The notes under the pieces: generated by a model
Seen by the model: only the letters and a program-made list of their open reading frames with translations
Database searches by the model: none
What the model was told of the DNA's origin: nothing
Program-made: the position numbers and the translations under genes
Source: an uncultured Gemmatimonadaceae bacterium
GTDB lineage: Bacteria; Gemmatimonadota; Gemmatimonadetes; Gemmatimonadales; Gemmatimonadaceae
Length of the DNA: 64,000 nucleotides
NCBI GenBank assembly: GCA_963716745.1
Contig: OY970320.1
Coordinates: forward strand, 480,001-544,000
Reading direction: 5' to 3'
In this document: in pieces, positions 60,512 through 64,000 of the stretch
How positions within the stretch are numbered: the first letter of the stretch is position 1
Layout of the letters: the number at the start of each line of letters is the position of its first letter

Positions 60512-61741
60512 GGATCGGCGCGCTCCAGCGGCAGCGTCATGCAGCGCGGTCCGCCGCCGGCGCGCACGAGTTCCGCGCCCTCGAAGGTGATCACCGCGCG
60601 CTCACCGTCCTTCAGCCGCTCGTCGCCGGCCAGCAACGATGCGCCGCTCACGGCGCGGAAGCCCATCTTCTCCATCTCGGCGATCGTCGTCTCATTGCGC
60701 GAGTACGACAGCACCACGCCCGGCCGCACCGCGAAGAAATTGCAACCGCTTGCCCATTGCTCGCGCTCCTGCACGATGCGCCGCTCACCGCCGCAGAACA
60801 CCGGCTCCATGGGCAGGCTCACCGCCTGCAGCGCGGCAAAGATGTTGGGCATCTCCTTCATCTGCTGCTGCCCTTTGCGCCGGTGCAAGATCGAGAGGCG
60901 CTCGGCGCCCACGAACGCCGGCGCGAAGATCGAGCAGAGTTCGAGGTCGAGCTGCGTGAACACCATGTCCAGATGGATCGCCGTCGTCTCCGTGGGCATG
61001 ATGACGATGATCACGTCGGTGACGGTCGTCTCCGTGAAGAATTTCTCTGTGATCGTGTCGATCGCCGCCGGGACTCGTGCGCTCGCTGAATCCCAAGAGC
61101 ACGGTGTCGGAGCGCAGCGGATGCACGTCGCCGCCTTCGAGCGTGTAGTTGTGCCGGCGCTCGGCGGCGCCGTCGTACATGATGCCCTTGTTCGCGAGCG
61201 CGGGATGGTAGCGGAAGAGTGCTTTCATGAGCAGCTCTTCCGACCAGCGCGCGCCATAGCGCATCGACCCGATCATCACGTGCTCGCCGACCACCATCGC
61301 CGTGTCGCGCGTGAAGAAGAGATTCGGCAGCGGCGGCAGCATGTAGCCCACCTCGTTCAGCGAGCGCGCGAGCGGGCCCGGATCCTCGGCCTCGCCCTCG
61401 ATGAGCATCTGCACGAGTTCGGCGGGCGGACGCTGCGCGATCTTCGCGGCGAGCGGCGACGACCCGACGATCTCGGCCGTCTCACGCATGAGCAATTCGC
61501 GCGCTTCGGCGTTCGCGGCGACCTCACCCAGAAGGTCGCGCACGAAGTGCACCTTGGAAAAGCGTTCCAGGATCGCGACGAACCGCCGGTGCTCGCGCTG
61601 CGCGGCCTCGACGTCGATGATGTCATCGTAGAGGTAGTCGTCGCGGGTGGCGGGGGTGACGGCGAGGAGCTCGGGCCCGGGCGTGTGAACGAGGACCGAC
61701 CCCAGACGGCCGATCTCGGAGGTGATGTGGACGGGCATCAC
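60502..61741 (-). CDS. arcA: Arginine deiminase (frameshift near 61075)
   Basis: SEIGRL, PNLFFTRD, LEGGD, HLDMVFT, GGGPRCMT. Confidence 0.9.
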
Positions 61742-61840
61742 CGAAGATAATCCGGAAGCAGGGTGGGCGGAACGAGCGCCGGCGCGCTGGACGGGCGCCA
61801 GGAGCGAAGCCGCTAGCGATGCGGGCGCGGAGTTCTTAAC

Positions 61841-61858
61841 TTGTGAACAATTTCACAA
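61841..61858. promoter_or_regulatory. Rex operator
   Basis: TTGTGAA-CAAT-TTCACAA, perfect Rex consensus 12 bp before rex. Confidence 0.9.
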
Positions 61859-61870
61859 ACCTCCCCTGCC

Positions 61871-62494
61871 TTGAAGCGCATCGCCGATTCCACCGTTCGC
61901 CGGCTCTCCCTGTACCTCCGCTTCCTCGAGGATTTCGAGGCGAAGGGACTCGCGACCATCTCGAGCAATGAGCTCGCCGCGCGCGGTGGCACCACCTCCG
62001 CCCAGGTCCGGAAGGACCTCTCCTTCTTCGGATCGTTCGGCAAGCGCGGGCTCGGCTACTCCGTGCCCGAACTCGAGCGCCGCCTGCGCCGCATCCTCGG
62101 CCTCGAGCGCGAATGGAGCGTCGTGATCGTCGGTGCCGGCAAGATCGGCGCGGCGCTCGCGCAGTACAGCGGATTCCGCGAGCGGGGCTTCAAGATCCTC
62201 GCCGTCTACGATGAGGATCCCGCCAAGATCGGAAGGAAGGTGGATGGCGTGACCGTGCGCCCGATGTCCGACCTCGCGCGCGACGCCGCCAAGCATCGCG
62301 CCGACATCGCGGTCCTCACCGTGCCCGGCACGGCCGCGCAACATGTGGTGGACATCGTGGTCGCCGCCGGCATTCGCGCCGTGATGAATTTCGCGCCCGT
62401 GCAGCTCAACGTGCCCGACAATGTGACGGTGAAGGATGTGAACATGGCGATGGAACTCGAAGGCCTGTCCTTCGCCCTCACGAACCAGGGTTAA
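61871..62494 (+). CDS. rex: Redox-sensing repressor Rex
   Basis: RRLSLYLR, QVRKDLSFFGSFGKRGLGY, VGAGKIG, NFAP. Confidence 0.96.
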   Translation: MKRIADSTVRRLSLYLRFLEDFEAKGLATISSNELAARGGTTSAQVRKDLSFFGSFGKRGLGYSVPELERRLRRILGLEREWSVVIVGAGKIGAALAQYSGFRERGFKILAVYDEDPAKIGRKVDGVTVRPMSDLARDAAKHRADIAVLTVPGTAAQHVVDIVVAAGIRAVMNFAPVQLNVPDNVTVKDVNMAMELEGLSFALTNQG

Positions 62495-63320
62495 GCGCGA
62501 CGAACAGCCGCGCGAAATCCGCCGGCGAGAGCGTTTCCGGCCGGGCTTCGGGCGCGATCGCGATCCCTGACAGCAATGCATCGGCGGCCGCCGCATCGAG
62601 CGACGCGACCGAGCGCAGCACCCGCGCCATCTGCTTCCGCCGCTGCGCGAACACCGCTTGCACCATGCGGCGGAATCGCTCCTCCTGCGGCGGCGGCACC
62701 GCCGTGTCGTCGCGTGGCGTGATGCGCACGACGGCACTCTCCACCTTCGGCGGCGGTTTGAACGCGCCCGCCGGCACGCCGAACAGCAGCTCCACGCGGG
62801 CCAACGTCTGGAGCGTCACCGAGAGCGCGCCGTACGTCTTGGAGCCCGGCGGTGCGGCCATCCGCTCCGCCACCTCACGCTGCACCAGGAACACCGCGCG
62901 CGTAGGCCGCGGCGCACGCAGCGCGTGGAAGATGATGGGCGTGGTGATGTAGTACGGCACGTTGCCGATCAGCACATAGCGCCCGCCGGCGAGCGCGCCG
63001 AGGTCCTGCGCGAGCACATCGCCTTCTATGATGCGCACGCGCGGCTCCGACTCGTACCGCTCGCGCAGCGCCGCGGCGAGCGCACGGTCGATCTCCACCG
63101 CGATCACGTGACCGGCGCGCGACACGAGCTGGGACGTGAGCGAACCGCGCCCGGGGCCGATCTCGATCACCGTGTCGTTCGCCGTGAGTTCCGCCGCGTC
63201 GGCGATCCGCGCGAGCAGTTTGGGATCGCTCAGGAAATGCTGGCCGAAGCGCTTGAGCACCGGCGGCGCGCCGGATCGCTTCGCGCCGGGCTTCTTCGCG
63301 CCGCTCCGCTTGGGCGGCAC
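62478..63320 (-). CDS. rsmA: 16S rRNA dimethyltransferase RsmA/KsgA
   Basis: KRFGQHFL, EIGPG, GNVPYYIT, FKPPPKVES. Confidence 0.95.
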   Translation of the reverse strand: MPPKRSGAKKPGAKRSGAPPVLKRFGQHFLSDPKLLARIADAAELTANDTVIEIGPGRGSLTSQLVSRAGHVIAVEIDRALAAALRERYESEPRVRIIEGDVLAQDLGALAGGRYVLIGNVPYYITTPIIFHALRAPRPTRAVFLVQREVAERMAAPPGSKTYGALSVTLQTLARVELLFGVPAGAFKPPPKVESAVVRITPRDDTAVPPPQEERFRRMVQAVFAQRRKQMARVLRSVASLDAAAADALLSGIAIAPEARPETLSPADFARLFVALNPGS

Positions 63321-64000
63321 TCAGCTGCGCACGAGCACGACGGCGAGGTCGTCGCGCTGCAGCGCCTCGCCCGTGTGCTCGGCGAGCTCGTCGAACACGC
63401 GCTGCACGATCACACTCGGGCTCTCGGTGCGGTAGCGGCGCACGATGTCGAGCACCGGCTGCTCGCCGAGGCGCACGCCGAAGCGATTGCGCGCGTCGGG
63501 CACGCCGTCGGTGAACAGCAACAGGAGATCGGCGCCGGACACCCACGGGCGCTTGCTCGCCGTTGGCGTGCTCTCCACCATACCAAGCGGCGGGTCGAGG
63601 GCCGGCAGTCGCTCGGCGTTCCCGTTGCCCGACACGTGATACGCGTGTGGATGGCCGGTGTTCGCGTAGCGGAGCGATCCGAAATCGCGATCGATGATCC
63701 CATAGAACGTGGAGATGAACATCTCCGTCGTCGCGAGTTCCTCACGCAGCGTGTAGAGCAGCGCGTTGAGCATCTCGCCCGGATCGCCAGCCGCCTGCGC
63801 GTGGATGGCCGACGCGCTCATCGCGAGCGCCATGATGAGCGCGGCACGATAGCCGTGGCTCGACACGTCGCCGATCATGACGCCGGTACGGCCGTTGCCG
63901 AGCCGGAACAGGTTGTAGAAGTCGCCGCCCACGCTCTCGGCGGGCATCACGCGCGCGGCGGCCTGCGCCTCGGGCGCCACCACGTCCACGCTGGGCAGGA
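63321..64000 (-). CDS. PP2C/SpoIIE-family phosphatase (partial)
   Basis: VGGDFY, GDVSSHG, FTDGV, DDLAV. Confidence 0.9.
   Translation of the reverse strand, partial: LPSVDVVAPEAQAAARVMPAESVGGDFYNLFRLGNGRTGVMIGDVSSHGYRAALIMALAMSASAIHAQAAGDPGEMLNALLYTLREELATTEMFISTFYGIIDRDFGSLRYANTGHPHAYHVSGNGNAERLPALDPPLGMVESTPTASKRPWVSGADLLLLFTDGVPDARNRFGVRLGEQPVLDIVRRYRTESPSVIVQRVFDELAEHTGEALQRDDLAVVLVRS

Noticed and set aside
13590..61741. Frameshifts in tyrA, dapD, dapA, asd, fadL, recN, xseA, pheT, pheS and arcA read as pseudogenes or programmed frameshifting
   Set aside because: They hit essential genes such as pheS and pheT, both halves are well conserved, and no slippery-site pattern is evident; sequencing or assembly indels are the simplest explanation
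1..64000. CRISPR array or cas genes
   Set aside because: No regularly spaced 25-45 bp repeats with unique spacers and no Cas-like ORF were seen

Overview
High-GC bacterial chromosome segment. Gene order and protein style suggest Gemmatimonadota, but this is inference. Most genes are minus-strand housekeeping clusters: rplM-rpsI-rpsB-tsf; an acyl-CoA carboxylase operon; asd-lysC-dapBAD-tyrA-aroA-cmk-rpsA; rny-folD-xseAB-ispA-dxs-nadK-recN; infC-rpmI-rplT-pheST-zapBA; arcA/rex and rsmA. Many essential genes carry apparent frameshifts, most likely sequencing or assembly indels. The main accessory feature is a ~10.9 kb element (24407-35330) inserted in tRNA-Leu(TAA) between exact 55-bp att repeats. 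It resembles a phage satellite. It encodes a tyrosine integrase whose first catalytic Arg is replaced by Glu, an excisionase, a P4/D5-type helicase with no primase domain and a 21-bp inverted iteron array in its 3' end, a repressor/RHH switch, a HEPN (RxxxxH) protein, a membrane-anchored Mrr nuclease cassette, and an orphan operon that rejoins the lytic operon only after excision. Outside the element the window shows a hidden UxxC selenoprotein peroxiredoxin with a SECIS-like hairpin inside the carboxylase operon, a probable 6S RNA overlapping the rny RBS, an L20-type leader with an AUU-start infC, an rpsB leader, a perfect Rex box between rex and arcA, and dispersed heptamer repeats.
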